Counted from the stretch's first letter, positions 53,901 to 64,000 are shown. The stretch is DNA of 64,000 nucleotides from Bispira polyomma (GCA_965649765.1 OZ287754.1:24986001-25050000), one strand, 5' to 3'. Program-made: numbers and translations. Notes: generated by a model from the sequence alone, not told the origin.

Positions 53901-56900
53901 CTACAAGCCGTACAACTGTTGTGTGAGTCACATGCTGCACAATCTTCCATTGCCTCCGAGCAAGCTGAAATGACAATATATTTAGCATTTTGTGTACTAT
54001 AGTACAGATTTACATTAGTACAGGTTATCTCCTTAAATTTAGGTTCAGCGCAAATAATTTGGGTAGTAAGTGAATGAGTAATAGGGTTCTCTGTCCAGAA
54101 AATAGGATTTAAGTGGCTGTGTCATAGGCGGGTACTAGGGAATAATCTAAACTAATCTAGTTGTACTTTTATACCGCTTAATCTTTGTACAACAAATTAT
54201 AAGGTGCAACAAACCCGAAACATTAATCAAAAATTAAAAAGTAGTGGGCGGATGGAAGTCGTAACCAGGAAGACTACCGGAATGGTTGCCACGGCTAAGG
54301 TGGAAAAGCCTGTTCAAAAAGGTAGGCCTTCAGAGGATAAAGTTTGAGTCAGGTAAGCCAGGCGAACAGGATCAGGTAGGCTGTTCCAAATGAGGGGGCC
54401 ATCATGAGCTGGGCAGGGATTGAACTGAACTTTGGATTTGTGGATGTGAGGGTCAAAAGTGGGAATGTTAAGGTATAATTTATCAGGGTTACTGCGCCTT
54501 GTCCTTACTGAGCATGTATATTTGGATAGATGGTGGCTGAAATAAGTGGGTAATCCAGAATTTAGAAATTTATGTATAATTGTTTCTGTTTTGAAAGCAA
54601 CACGATATTTTATTGGGAGCCAGTGCATTGACTTGAGTACAGGAGTAATGTGGAAAAATTTGGAAGTTTTGGTCACAATACGTGCCAGTGAGTGTTGAAT
54701 GTTCTGAAGGCGTTTTTCAGATTTCAGATCAATACGAAAAAAGGAACGAAACAGAGAGTTGCAGTAATCAAGCCTACTGCTGACCAAAGCATTGGCAATG
54801 GTAATTGCAGTGGATTTGGAAAGATAGTGTCGAATCTGCCTGAAATCACGAACACTAACAAAACATAATCTCAACACCGATGCAACATGGTTAGAGAAGG
54901 AGAATTCAGAGTCGAACAACACACCCAGGTTGTGTACTTTGTCACCTGAAAAAAACCTGCTGCCAAGAATATCAAGTGGAAAACAGCCGGACAGGGAATA
55001 TGAATACCTTTGCATGGTCGATCAAGCCTGAATTCAAACCTAGGTCCACTGTGTTCCTAAACGAATGTGGTATCCACTAGGACACAGTGATCGATAAAAC
55101 AAACGAGAATGATTTTTAGAGTCAAATTTTATATCTCTTATTGAAAGCTATCATGAGTTCAAAATATGTACTAAAAGTTACACAGAAAATTAAACATATA
55201 TATTATTACTAAAAAGATTTCCTGAAAGATACACAAAATGTTAAATATATACACTAAACCACTGCAAGCTTCAAATTAATAGTTACAAAAACATTATTCA
55301 AAATTGATGAATGCGTTAATGGAAATTATCTTCCTTTCTTTGAAATTGTTGGTAAATTATATAAAAGTATTATGTATCCGTAACTAGTGAATACTCAAAA
55401 GACTTAATGTTATTAGTAGTAAAGAAGATTGAGTTAAATTATTTAGAGTTGATCAACTCCTAAATAAATTTAGCACATACTGTCTAGATATTCTAGTCTT
55501 TACTCAGTATGTTTTAAAATGGACATTATTGTCTACTAATGATTTTTTAAGGAATATTTAAATTTGTTAATGAAAGACAAATAATTTAGGCAATATGTGA
55601 ATGTGTGTTCAGATATTCAGAAAATAGGATTCGGGTCGCAGTGTTACGATTGGTATGAGTACCTTACCTAGTTGCTCAATACTGGTTCAAACATATGTTG
55701 TCTGTGTTCCTAAGCAAATGTGTTACCCACTAGGCCAGTGTTTTAGATAAAACAAACGATCAAAGAAACTACGACTGATTATGTAAAGCTTATCAAAAAC
55801 ATTAACCTGCTGTCTTGCTTACAACATGACTAAACTTAAATTCATTTTGTGTGTACTCTCTTTGACAGCCAGTGTTGTCTTCCTTGAGGACTTTGTCATT
55901 ACTACAAGCCGTACAACTGTCATACGAGTCACATGTTGCACAATCTTCCATTGCCTCAGAGCAAGCTGAATATAGCATTATATTTAGCATTTTTTGTTAT
56001 ATAGTACAGATTTACATTACTACAAGTTATTCCCTGAATGAATATGCTAGAAGTCATTTCAGTACTTTGGTTATTTCTATTATTTTATGGCTACATTATT
56101 TTTGGGGGCTGTTCATTATTAAAGCATTCTGAAACATCAACAAAGTTTCAGTGAGGATTTTTCACTAGTTTATGTGTGTTTATTTTCATAAATAAGGCCA
56201 TTTGAATGAATAATATATATTTACACATATACATACATATACATAGTGTACATTGATAACGTGCTGTAACCACATCTTTGTATCATTTTTATTTCAAGGT
56301 TTTGTTATTACGAAAGTTGCACTTATGATTTCCCAACAATAGCTATTTGTTGGAGCCATGCAAATCACTGGCCAACAAATATAAATGTTCTATGCTGCTT
56401 TTAGAATAGCAGTGAATTTTATGTATGTGTAGTGGAAAATGCTGACTCCTCCATTAAGAGTCAAGGTGTACAAAGGCAATTGAATGTTTAAAAAGTTTTG
56501 CAGCCATGTCTTCTCCTGATTAATTCAGATTAATTCGGACTCAGATTTTTATTTTGTGGCCATTTAATCACGAAATAGAAAAAGGCACAAGTATCACCTC
56601 CAAAAATGCTAGGATGCATAAAAAGGCGAGGACTCATGTCTAGTGAATGGACCAGAGGAATGTGAGATTAATAAAGACATGACTGCTGATCAAAAGAAGA
56701 AGTTAAATTATTGTCCCAAATATAAGGCGAACAAGAATTAAATGCCTTCTCAAAATCTACAAGCATCAATAATCCGGTAATTTTTCCTGTTTAGTAAAAT
56801 GCATTAGAGAGGTAATAAAATAGTGTTGTGCACTCACCTATGTATCTGCCACAGAGAAAATCAGATTGATTTGTTGAAATTATCAAGTTTATTACCCTTT

Positions 56901-59900
56901 TTCGTCTGTTAGCGATTGCCGAAGAGCCAATTTTGTAAATTACAGACAGAAGAGAGATGGGTCGCCAGTTCTTAAGGTATTCTCTTGGGTTATCCCCCTT
57001 AATGCAATGTCTTAGTGAGGTAGACAATTTATCTATTTTATACCCTTTATTTAGGGCCAAAGAAAGTATCTTTGACCAGAAAACCTTAAAGAATTCTGCT
57101 GAGAAGCCATGAATTCCTGGGCTTTTCCTTGTTTCATAGATTTTAAAGCACGGCAAATTTCAGAAATATTCAACTTACATTTTAACTTGTCTAAATCTAA
57201 TTTGGAGAATTTTCTAAAGCTATTTTGAAGTATCTCTGAGTTTAAATTATATTTATTTGTTTTAAACAACCTTTTGTAAAAGAGCCCTATTTCTGTTAAG
57301 ATGTCTTCTTGTTTATGAACTGTTTAACCATTAGGCTTTTTTAGGTGTGTTATTGTTTTTTTTCCAAATAATTAGTTGAACTTGGAAGTCAAAGATGTGG
57401 ACTCATCCCAGGGTCAGGAAAATAATTCACTGACTTTACCACCATATAGTGGGATGATTGAACTTTAGAACTTGAGCGTTTCCTGAAAACTTGGATCTAG
57501 ATTCTCATCATCAACCATTCTCCTTTGCCAAGGCGTCAGTTCTTGAAATTTGCTAGATCTAACATGACGTGGTACCATGGGTTGCCACAACCTTTTTTGC
57601 CTGACAAAAAATATCCGGATGTAAACAAATTTAGGAATGACTTTCTCAACAAGATAACACTGTTTTATGCAAAGACTGTGTGGGTATAGGAGAATAGGCA
57701 ATGTTTTATAAATCACCATATTTAAGTTTTGAAATCCAGATGATCCATTAAATAAAATTTGGAGTTGGAAAATAAATAGTCATTTTTAAAGTACAAATTT
57801 TTATTTATGTCCCGTTCTCATATAAACAAACTTCTGGCAGTATTTGTTGCATCTAGCAAATCCTGGTTCATGGGCTTTTGTTCACAAATAGACCTCCCAT
57901 CTCCCGATGTCTTCGTAACAATCTAATATGAACCTGTGCCACAAAACTGACACGTTCCTCCACTAACACCCACCAACTAAGACTAATCCCCATCAATGAT
58001 ATACAAAGACATATCCAACACTAACGAACACCCACTAATACCAACAAATTGTCGTCCTAATATCCTCTTCATTAATATTTTAGATTTTATTAACTGCATG
58101 GACTCTGTCACTGTATTACGTCTATTAAGCGATTTACTGAAAATCGCCTAGATTCAGTAAGGGGCTTATATTTTAGTAAATATAAACAATAACCTCTCAA
58201 ATCCTAATATATATGGATTATGTATACTATATTGAATATGATGATCTTAAGAATGTAAATATGTAATCTACATTAATTACCATGAGAGGTTGTTCTTTTA
58301 ATATAAATTAAGAAAGGGTTCTTACACAAAAATGGCATTAAAAAGATTGCACTTTTTTTAGAGGTAAGTTAAGAACATGAAAGAAATTAGTGTAATTGGA
58401 TAGAGACAAGTTGAATGTGAGCTCGATTGATCGTTTAATCTCATAATTATAAGATAAAATTAAGTTTTTCAAACACAACCCTATTATTTAGAAGAACGCA
58501 CTTAGAGGTAAGTTAACAACATCAAACAAATAATCTGTGGTTCCAGTGGTGTAATTGCCATGGGTATAGACAACTTTATTGTGTAATCTTATTGACTATT
58601 CAGTTTCATCATTATAATATAAAATAATATTTGGGTACTTAAACTGTAACTTTAAAGAGTTAGGCGATTTTGGGGCGATTTTCCGTATCGCCCTACGGAA
58701 TTCCAGGGTTTAAAAACCACCGTCGAAACGACCCGCAGTATTACTGTTATTATCGCCCGCCGAAAACTATCAACTTACTGATTTTCTTTGTAAAATATTA
58801 GATGACTTCACACCAAATCCCCGCATATGTATTGGGAGTAGCTTTATAAAGTTCCGTCCAATCATTTTACCAGTAGTTGTTGACGATTTCTGCTATGTGC
58901 GCTTATAAACAAATAATCTTACTTAACTGATTTTGATTTTTATTGGCCTTGACATTGTATATCTGTCCTCCAATTTACCAAAAAATCCCAAAGTTTGGAG
59001 CTAAAACTCTAATATCATCGGTAGGTACTGAGAAGATTTATTATTTATTGAACATTATGAAGGCTTCAATGTAAACATTCCTGTATATTTCTCAGTAACT
59101 CTCACAGTTTTATACTGCTAATTGACTTGATTTTATGAAGTAGTAACTGTAATCAGAAAAATGACTATAATCAGAAAATGTTTTCTCTAAATCTTTTGAT
59201 TATTTATTGCTGCCTAACTGGCATGATTGCTTGTCATTAAGATCAAATGTAATGCGCTATTATCTATATTGCCCTAAGCAGAACAATATGCTGCATAAAT
59301 GCACCAGACAATTATGCATGGACCTTTGCTGGCTAAGTCCTAGTTATATTTAATGGTCAGGTATAGGAACCAAAGCTTGTCTCTGTTGAGTTTATAGTTG
59401 TAGTTCCTCCACATTCTGACTTCTATTTTCTTTTTCTGTTTATGGTATCTATCTAATGACCGTTTGGGCTGTCTTTAATATGGTTCTGTCCTAAGGAATG
59501 AAATCCAGCCACAGAAAGTTGCTGTCTACTTCATATGGCAATAGATTGAATTGCCTAAAAACTATTCCTTATTTCTAAACTAATTTTAACAATAAACAGA
59601 TAGTAAACACATTTTTAATAGCCTCATAATCATTATAATACAAAGATTATATTAATATTGACTATTATATGAATATATACATTTATAAGATATATATCAT
59701 AACATGACAATTTATGTGCAAATGTCAATACATCTCTATTAAATTCTTAGAGAAACTATAGCTGAAAATTAGCCTAAATTGCCTGTTATATTTATGTATA
59801 TGTGGGTTGTTACACCTGAAATATTTCTGAGAGTATATTAATTAAGATAAAAAAATCTGAGAAACTCCAAGAAATACCTTTATTTAAGGGATGACGCATG

Positions 59901-62680
59901 ACAAAGCATGCTATGCGGTGATTTTTAGCACGATTGGAAGCGTGGTAACACGAAGCGAAGCCTGAGTGTTTCTGAGCTCCAAGAGTGCTAAAAGTTACCG
60001 TATAGCATGCTTTGGAATGTGTTAACCCTATCCTAACATGACAAATTAAAAATATCAAATGATTCAATTTGTTTTAACTTAAAAATTACGTTATTAAAGG
60101 AACTATATTCATTTGGGCACTGCAGACGATTTTAGACTACTTCGGTTCGTGCAAAAATGGTTATTTTTAACATAGAGTTCAGCCAATCAGATACGCAGAC
60201 ACAGCCGTGGCACGTTAGAATAAGAAATAAATATTCAGCAGTTATAGTCAAATAAAGAGTGTTTATTATCATTTAAAGTTGTTTGTTGTCACCAGAATAT
60301 TCCCCGAAATTACAATACTTCATTGGCAAGTCCTTGACAATTTACTCCATTGGTGATTAAAGAATAGATTGAAATAAAATGGAAAAGATGCTATTATTTG
60401 CAAGGGCTGATAACTTAATTGCCAATGAAGTATTATTTCTTATTAATATACTCATTATCGGTGTTATGTACTCATTATCAGTGTTATCTGTAAAGTTTCA
60501 GTACATTGAATCTACATCAGTTGTCTCTTAATTAGGGCAATGGATTAATTTATTCAGATCATTTGTCTCTGAAGTGACAGTAAAGAACTCTGTCCACACA
60601 AAAAAGATTGTTTCAAAAAAGGAGAGATGTCACCTTTTCTGATCACTTCACATAAAGTTACCACTCTTGAAGAAGACATGGACAATTGAAATTGTCTGTG
60701 CAATGAAGAACTGCAAAACCGGTGAAACCAAAACTCATATTTCATGTCAAAAGAATTTTAACACAATACATGGTTTTCCAATGTTGATAGAGCTGGGGGA
60801 AGATTTATATGGTAGTGGGGGGTATTAATTTCTATGGGGATTTTACTAGGGGTAAGATCTAATTTTACAGTGGAATGGTAGATATTTTGAAAGCCATGAT
60901 AGTAATTTTTGTTAGTTAGAGTATGTGAAGAGCCGAAAATTTCCGTTACTACATGTACCTCATATGTATGCCAAATATGAAAGCACAGATTCCAGTAAAT
61001 TTTAACGAATAGGAAGTGCGTACGTCACTGTGGAGTTGGTCCCTGAAGTTATATTGTTTACAGATAAAACTACAGGAATATTTTGTTTGGCTTACTAGGC
61101 CAAATGAGTGGGTGGTTATCACAAATCAAAGTTTCATTATTATGAAAGAATAATGAAGGTTTTGTGAATGTGAATTATGACAAGTGTAAAACTAGAAAAC
61201 GTTTTTTGATAACAAAAACAAAACGTCCCCAAGTTGAAATAATAATGAAATTGTTTAGTGTACAAGGTTTGATATTGTTTAAAAGTTGACATATAAGCAC
61301 TTTTGGTCGAATATAAGCTGGAAATCGCTCTATGTAGCACCATTTCCGAGATAACAGACATTTCCTAAAAAGACCAGAAATTGAAGATGGTTGCCTAAAT
61401 CGAAAATTACTTCAAAAGTTTACATTTAAGAAAAATCAGCCCTGTGGGTCAAAAAGGAGCTTAAAATCGCTCTATCTAGCACTGTTTCTAAGATAAAAGA
61501 CATTTTCAAAAAAGACGCAGAAATTCAAGATGGCTGCCAAAATCGAAAATTTTTTTAAAAAAGTTTACATATAAGCAAAATCTTCCCACTCCTGGTTAAG
61601 AGAGCTGCCTAAAATAATTTTGATGCAGATAACATTGAAGGAGATATTCAAGGAAGACCATGCGGTGGCGGCCTAGGCGACAGCAGTGAGGAAACCAGGG
61701 GTGAAACCAAGGGACGCTTAATTATCATGTATGGTAAATATTTTGACATTTATGACATATTTATGTTAAAGGTATATTATATTTTAGCCCTAATTGATGG
61801 GCTATTTATGCTTGCTTTAATGCTTTTTTTGATCATACTATTATCATTTAACTTAAATGAAACTTTGCTTTACATGTGTTAATATTATGGTGATGGTATA
61901 TGACAGTCAATTATTTTTATAGAATTAACAATTTATGTACAGATGTTAAAATGCCAATAAATTACTCCAAACATTGTTTTACAATCTGCTTCTTACCTCA
62001 ACCTTTGACCTACATATGAACTAATAGGACTGCAAGGCAAAGTAGCAAGCAGTGCTGGAAACTGTAGCACCAGAATGACTTCAGTAATTACTAAATATTT
62101 ATAATTTAGTAGCAAATATTACAAGCTTGCAAGCTCATGATCATATTTTTAAGGATAAATAATTTAAATATACTTTTAGAAATTAAACCACACTATAACA
62201 CAAATATATTTATCTATCCAGTATGGCCTTGACCTTACTGCTTCTAAACAAACTTTAGTACTTAATCTGTAATCATACCCCCAATGTAATAATCCTTCTT
62301 GAAATATTTAAGAAATGTCATATTTATATTATAACAAACGATTTATAATAAATGTAATTATGTAATACATCTAGAGTCATTGATATATAGATTGAATTCA
62401 TGTGACTCGTTCCTACAGTAAGTTGTTTACAAATCTGGCATTTGTCGCTAGACTTAGTGAACAAAATAAGGAGCTATGTAGTATGTATAAAGTAAGTAAA
62501 TTTGCACCCACTAGAATGTACCTAATGTGTGTTTTTCAGACACAAAACGTCACTCACTTAAGCATGCCTTCTCATCCAGTTTGAACACTCTGTCCCCTTC
62601 GCATTCGGTACAGTTAGTGAGGACATAGTCTTCTTGTTCAAATATTTCACAAGACAGGCAGTTGGAGACATCGGTACAAG
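21965..62680 (-). CDS. multi-exon gene (5'-partial) for a predicted GPI-anchored, CxxC/furin-like cysteine-rich tandem-repeat surface protein
   Basis: One 123-nt and 36 105-nt phase 1-1 exons with pyrimidine-rich YAG acceptors and GT donors (33 of the 36 intact). They splice in frame to a last exon with a stop at 21965-21967. Exon length and all six Cys are invariant while introns are heavily rearranged. Start codon not found in the window. Confidence 0.85.
22587..22691 (-). CDS. divergent 3'-most repeat exon xCSEAMADCVECDSHDNCMKCTNDKVLKADKSGCQ
   Basis: 105 nt, ttttttcag acceptor, GTGAGT donor, 6 Cys. Not in the ORF track. Confidence 0.88.
22810..24930 (+). mobile_element. intronic L2/CR1-type LINE remnant (endonuclease end to 3' tail, internally deleted)
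   Basis: CGDYN, GISDHF, KLWNSVN, KVKNLGVTFDS, FLKRLHWLPVQYRISFK, AFSVAA.TLWN.LP. Ends in an (ATCAT)n tail at ~24910-24927. Confidence 0.85.
25419..25523 (-). CDS. repeat exon xCSDAMEDCAVCDSHDSCTACSNDKVPKKDRTGCQ
   Basis: 105 nt, AG/GT, phase 1-1. Confidence 0.85.
25892..25996 (-). CDS. repeat exon xCSETMEDCAACDSHDSCTACSNEKVPKEDNTGCQ
   Basis: 105 nt, AG/GT, phase 1-1. Confidence 0.85.
26772..26876 (-). CDS. repeat exon xCSVTMEDCAACDSLDSCTACSNDKVPKEDNTGCQ
   Basis: 105 nt, donor GTTAGT. Confidence 0.8.
27253..27357 (-). CDS. repeat exon xCSLTMEDCAACDSLDSCTACSNDKVPKEDKTGCQ
   Basis: 105 nt, acceptor tttag, donor GTTAGT. Confidence 0.8.
27721..27825 (-). CDS. repeat exon xCSEAMEDCAACDSFDNCTACSNDRVLKEDNTGCQ
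   Basis: 105 nt, AG/GT. Contains an N-C-T sequon. Confidence 0.85.
29045..29149 (-). CDS. repeat exon xCSEAMEDCAACDSHDSCTACSNDKVIKQDNTGCQ
   Basis: 105 nt, AG/GT. Confidence 0.85.
29956..30060 (-). CDS. repeat exon xCSEAMEDCAACDSHDSCTDCSNDKVLKEDNTGCQ
   Basis: 105 nt. The donor GTGAGT survives an intronic deletion that starts just after it. Confidence 0.82.
30446..30550 (-). CDS. repeat exon xCSDTMEDCAVCDSHDSCTDCSNDKVPKEDKTGCQ
   Basis: 105 nt, AG/GT. The array boundary falls inside it. Confidence 0.85.
31195..31299 (-). CDS. type B repeat exon (representative of 11 intact copies in the array)
   Basis: 105 nt, acceptor tattcag, donor GTGAGG. Confidence 0.83.
32288..32392 (-). CDS. type A repeat exon (representative of 12 copies in the array)
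   Basis: 105 nt, acceptor ttttatattcag, donor GTGAGT. Confidence 0.85.
51463..51567 (-). pseudogene. type B exon copy with an in-frame TGA
   Basis: GCA>TGA at 51539-51541 (plus strand tca instead of tgc). Splice sites intact. Confidence 0.75.
53236..53340 (-). pseudogene. pseudo-exon: acceptor lost and in-frame TAA
   Basis: Acceptor reads ..gctcg instead of ..attcag (small deletion at ~53342). GAA>TAA at 53255-53257. Confidence 0.88.
53459..53594 (+). mobile_element. 136-bp insertion, probably a 5'-truncated SINE, with a 13-bp target-site duplication
   Basis: gtaatagtgtact at 53446-53458 and 53595-53607. Paralogous introns carry one copy and no insert. A-rich end ..gatgttaaatatccaaattcaaa. 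Confidence 0.75.
53860..53964 (-). CDS. repeat exon xCSEAMEDCAACDSHNSCTACSNDKAPKEDKTGCQ
   Basis: 105 nt, acceptor catttcag, donor GTGAGT. Confidence 0.85.
54145..54992 (-). mobile_element. 5'-truncated L2-type LINE with an 8-bp target-site duplication
   Basis: ORF 54314-55015 has VHNLGVLFDS, ALVSSRLDYCNSLF and LKSMHWLPIKYRVAFK. agggaata occurs at 54137-54144 and 54993-55000, and the intron module resumes on both sides. Confidence 0.92.
55861..55965 (-). CDS. repeat exon xCSEAMEDCATCDSYDSCTACSNDKVLKEDNTGCQ with a non-canonical (GA) donor
   Basis: Open 105-nt frame and intact acceptor, but the donor reads GAGAGT (plus actctc, 55855-55860). Confidence 0.55.
56330..57365 (-). mobile_element. 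Tx1/L1-clade LINE fragment (RT N-terminal part), degenerate
   Basis: KSPGIHGFSAEFFKVFW, KGDNPREYLKNWRPISLLSVIYKIGSSAIANR, LVDFEKAF. Confidence 0.85.
59875..60230. mobile_element. probable non-autonomous interspersed element
   Basis: CpG-containing island in AT-rich intron with cgaagcgaag and agccaatcag motifs typical of invertebrate non-autonomous DNA elements. Family not determined. Confidence 0.3.
60940..61722. mobile_element. probable non-autonomous DNA element with ~140-bp internal tandem repeats
   Basis: aaatcgctctat.tagcac..ttt..gagataa.agacattt...aaatt.aagatgg.tgcc.aaatcgaaaatt occurs twice (~61321 and ~61464). GC-rich end followed by ttaa. Confidence 0.4.
62558..62680 (-). CDS. divergent 5'-most visible exon xCTDVSNCLSCEIFEQEDYVLTNCTECEGDRVFKLDEKACL
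   Basis: 123 nt, acceptor tgtttcag, donor GTGAGT, phase 1-1. Six Cys in the same C..CxxC..CxxC-x12-C frame. Not in the ORF track. Confidence 0.85.
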   Translation of the reverse strand, partial: LVPMSPTACLVKYLNKKTMSSLTVPNAKGTECSNWMRRHA

Positions 62681-63179
62681 CTGAAACATAAAACATAAGC
62701 AAATCATATGCGCCCTTTTCATATATTATCCTCTACATCATGTGGAAAAGTTGTTGGCTACTAGACCAGTGGTTTAATGTCTACCATCATTAGATCTGGC
62801 CATCGTAAAATGTCACTAAGTGAGCAACATAAACCCATACATATCGTCCTCTTAGGCACCAGTACTCGGAATGGGATGGTGAAACAATATATAGTCTGGG
62901 TTATCATCAGTAGGCACATGGCATGTTCACATGGAAAAGTACTAGCAGGAATTGAAGTAGGACGACCAATCTTCTCACCAAGAGTCAAACTGACTACCTT
63001 CTGACTACCAGACCATATCCCAAACAATAGATCTAAACAAATCTGCTACAACAACAGAATTAAGTCCTTAAATGTGTGGGCCTATCATTTAACATAATAA
63101 TAAAGTGACTTTAACTTTTATCAAAAAACAAAATTGACTTAGAGCTGTGTTTTGATAGGACGAATTAGTTCCTAATTTC

Positions 63180-63780
63180 TACTATTAGTATACTCTTCCA
63201 GAACTTGTGTGCTTCCCAACACCTTTCTGCCCACCAATTTTAAATAGGTTCATCCTTCCTTGTGACCTTGGCAACCAAACCCCCATGTCAATAGCCTCGG
63301 GATCCCTCTACTAACCGCCCTCTGCGGAGATGTCAGCTTTAATCTGGACCTACCTGAGTTAATGCCTGATCGTCTTTTGAATCCTTCATTTGCTTAACAG
63401 TTTTCAGTCATTTCTTGTTTCCTATTTTTAACGACCACCTATCTCTTCTTTAGCTACCTTTACTAAAGAGTTTTCTGAATTCCTCAAAAACCCTTAAGCT
63501 TCTCCCATTCGAAGCTATTATGGCGATTTCAACATCAATGTTCACATTAACAATTCAACAAGCAAATATTTCAACAACCTCCTTAACATTTTTAACGTCT
63601 CACAGTTTATGTCCAGTCCTAAGCACCTCTACAATCACATACTCAACCTGATCATAGCTCGATCCAATTCCAATCTGATCAGTGAAATCTGGGTTTCTGA
63701 TCATGTTGCCAACATTGCCCACCTAAATTTGCCCGTACCTGCTTTATAAACCCCTGTGTAATAAAGTACCGAAACATTAG
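63180..63780 (+). mobile_element. L2/CR1-type apurinic-endonuclease remnant
   Basis: YGDFNINVH, HLYNHILNLII, VSDH motifs. Frame-broken. Confidence 0.6.
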
Positions 63781-64000
63781 GTAGCTGAGAACTGCTGAGA
63801 TTGCGTCCCCTTAGTTGCCATAACTGTGTTTTACATAAATGTTTTCAGGGCAAACCCTTTTTTTTAACGTGTGTCACTTATATGTTATCAGTCAAAAATT
63901 ATATTTCATAATTGTTGCCATTATTAATGTGCTTCGCATCATGAGGGTGCGTGATTTTATCTAAACTGTGTTAATAACCAACCCTGTATTGGGACAGTGT

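Noticed and set aside
25833-55990. 62-73-aa minus-strand ORFs read as an array of small single-exon metallothionein-like genes
   Set aside because: Conservation is bounded exactly by AG/GT at 105 nt. The MLN... starts and ...EYTQN tails are intronic and absent or frameshifted in many copies, and MQHVTH... is an off-frame reading.
25400-56130. Recurrent plus-strand ORFs (MLSSLRTLSLLQAVQLSCESH..., 134-aa and 81-aa copies)
   Set aside because: They are antisense shadows of the Cys exons running into intron. Most start at non-ATG codons, lengths vary, and the splice signals are on the minus strand.
57400-57720. Possible CR1-like 3' fragment (ORF 57465-57719)
   Set aside because: Similarity is too weak to call without a database search.
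62761-63030. Overlapping 88-aa and 75-aa ORFs as candidate first exon
   Set aside because: No signal-peptide character or matching phase-1 donor. It looks more like a decayed SINE-type repeat.

Overview
AT-rich eukaryotic (metazoan) genomic DNA. The repeat landscape suggests a marine invertebrate such as a mollusc, but that is inference. Bases 1-21.9 kb are decayed mobile elements (Tx1/L1-like LINE, DIRS/Ngaro-like tyrosine-recombinase retrotransposon, two PIF/Harbinger derivatives, an L2/CR1 LINE) plus a degenerate exon-less tandem repeat. The main feature, 21.9-62.7 kb, is a minus-strand spliced gene that the ORF track shows only as fragments. It has one divergent 123-nt exon, 36 tandem 105-nt phase 1-1 exons and a last exon. 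Each 105-nt exon encodes a 35-aa, 6-Cys acidic module (consensus xCSE[AT]MEDCAACDSHDSCTACSNDKVLKEDNTGCQ), giving three CxxC per module, one of them across the splice junction. The last exon encodes a GPI-anchor-type tail (KLFEVKSSATLKEPSLMLMMLTIAAMWMNN*). Twenty-four exons lie in a nearly perfect 12 x 1842-1844 bp two-exon higher-order array. Three exon copies near the 5' end are disabled. The introns are built from tRNA-like SINE heads and from sequence homologous to the gene's own 3' end. The start codon and signal-peptide exon were not found in the window.
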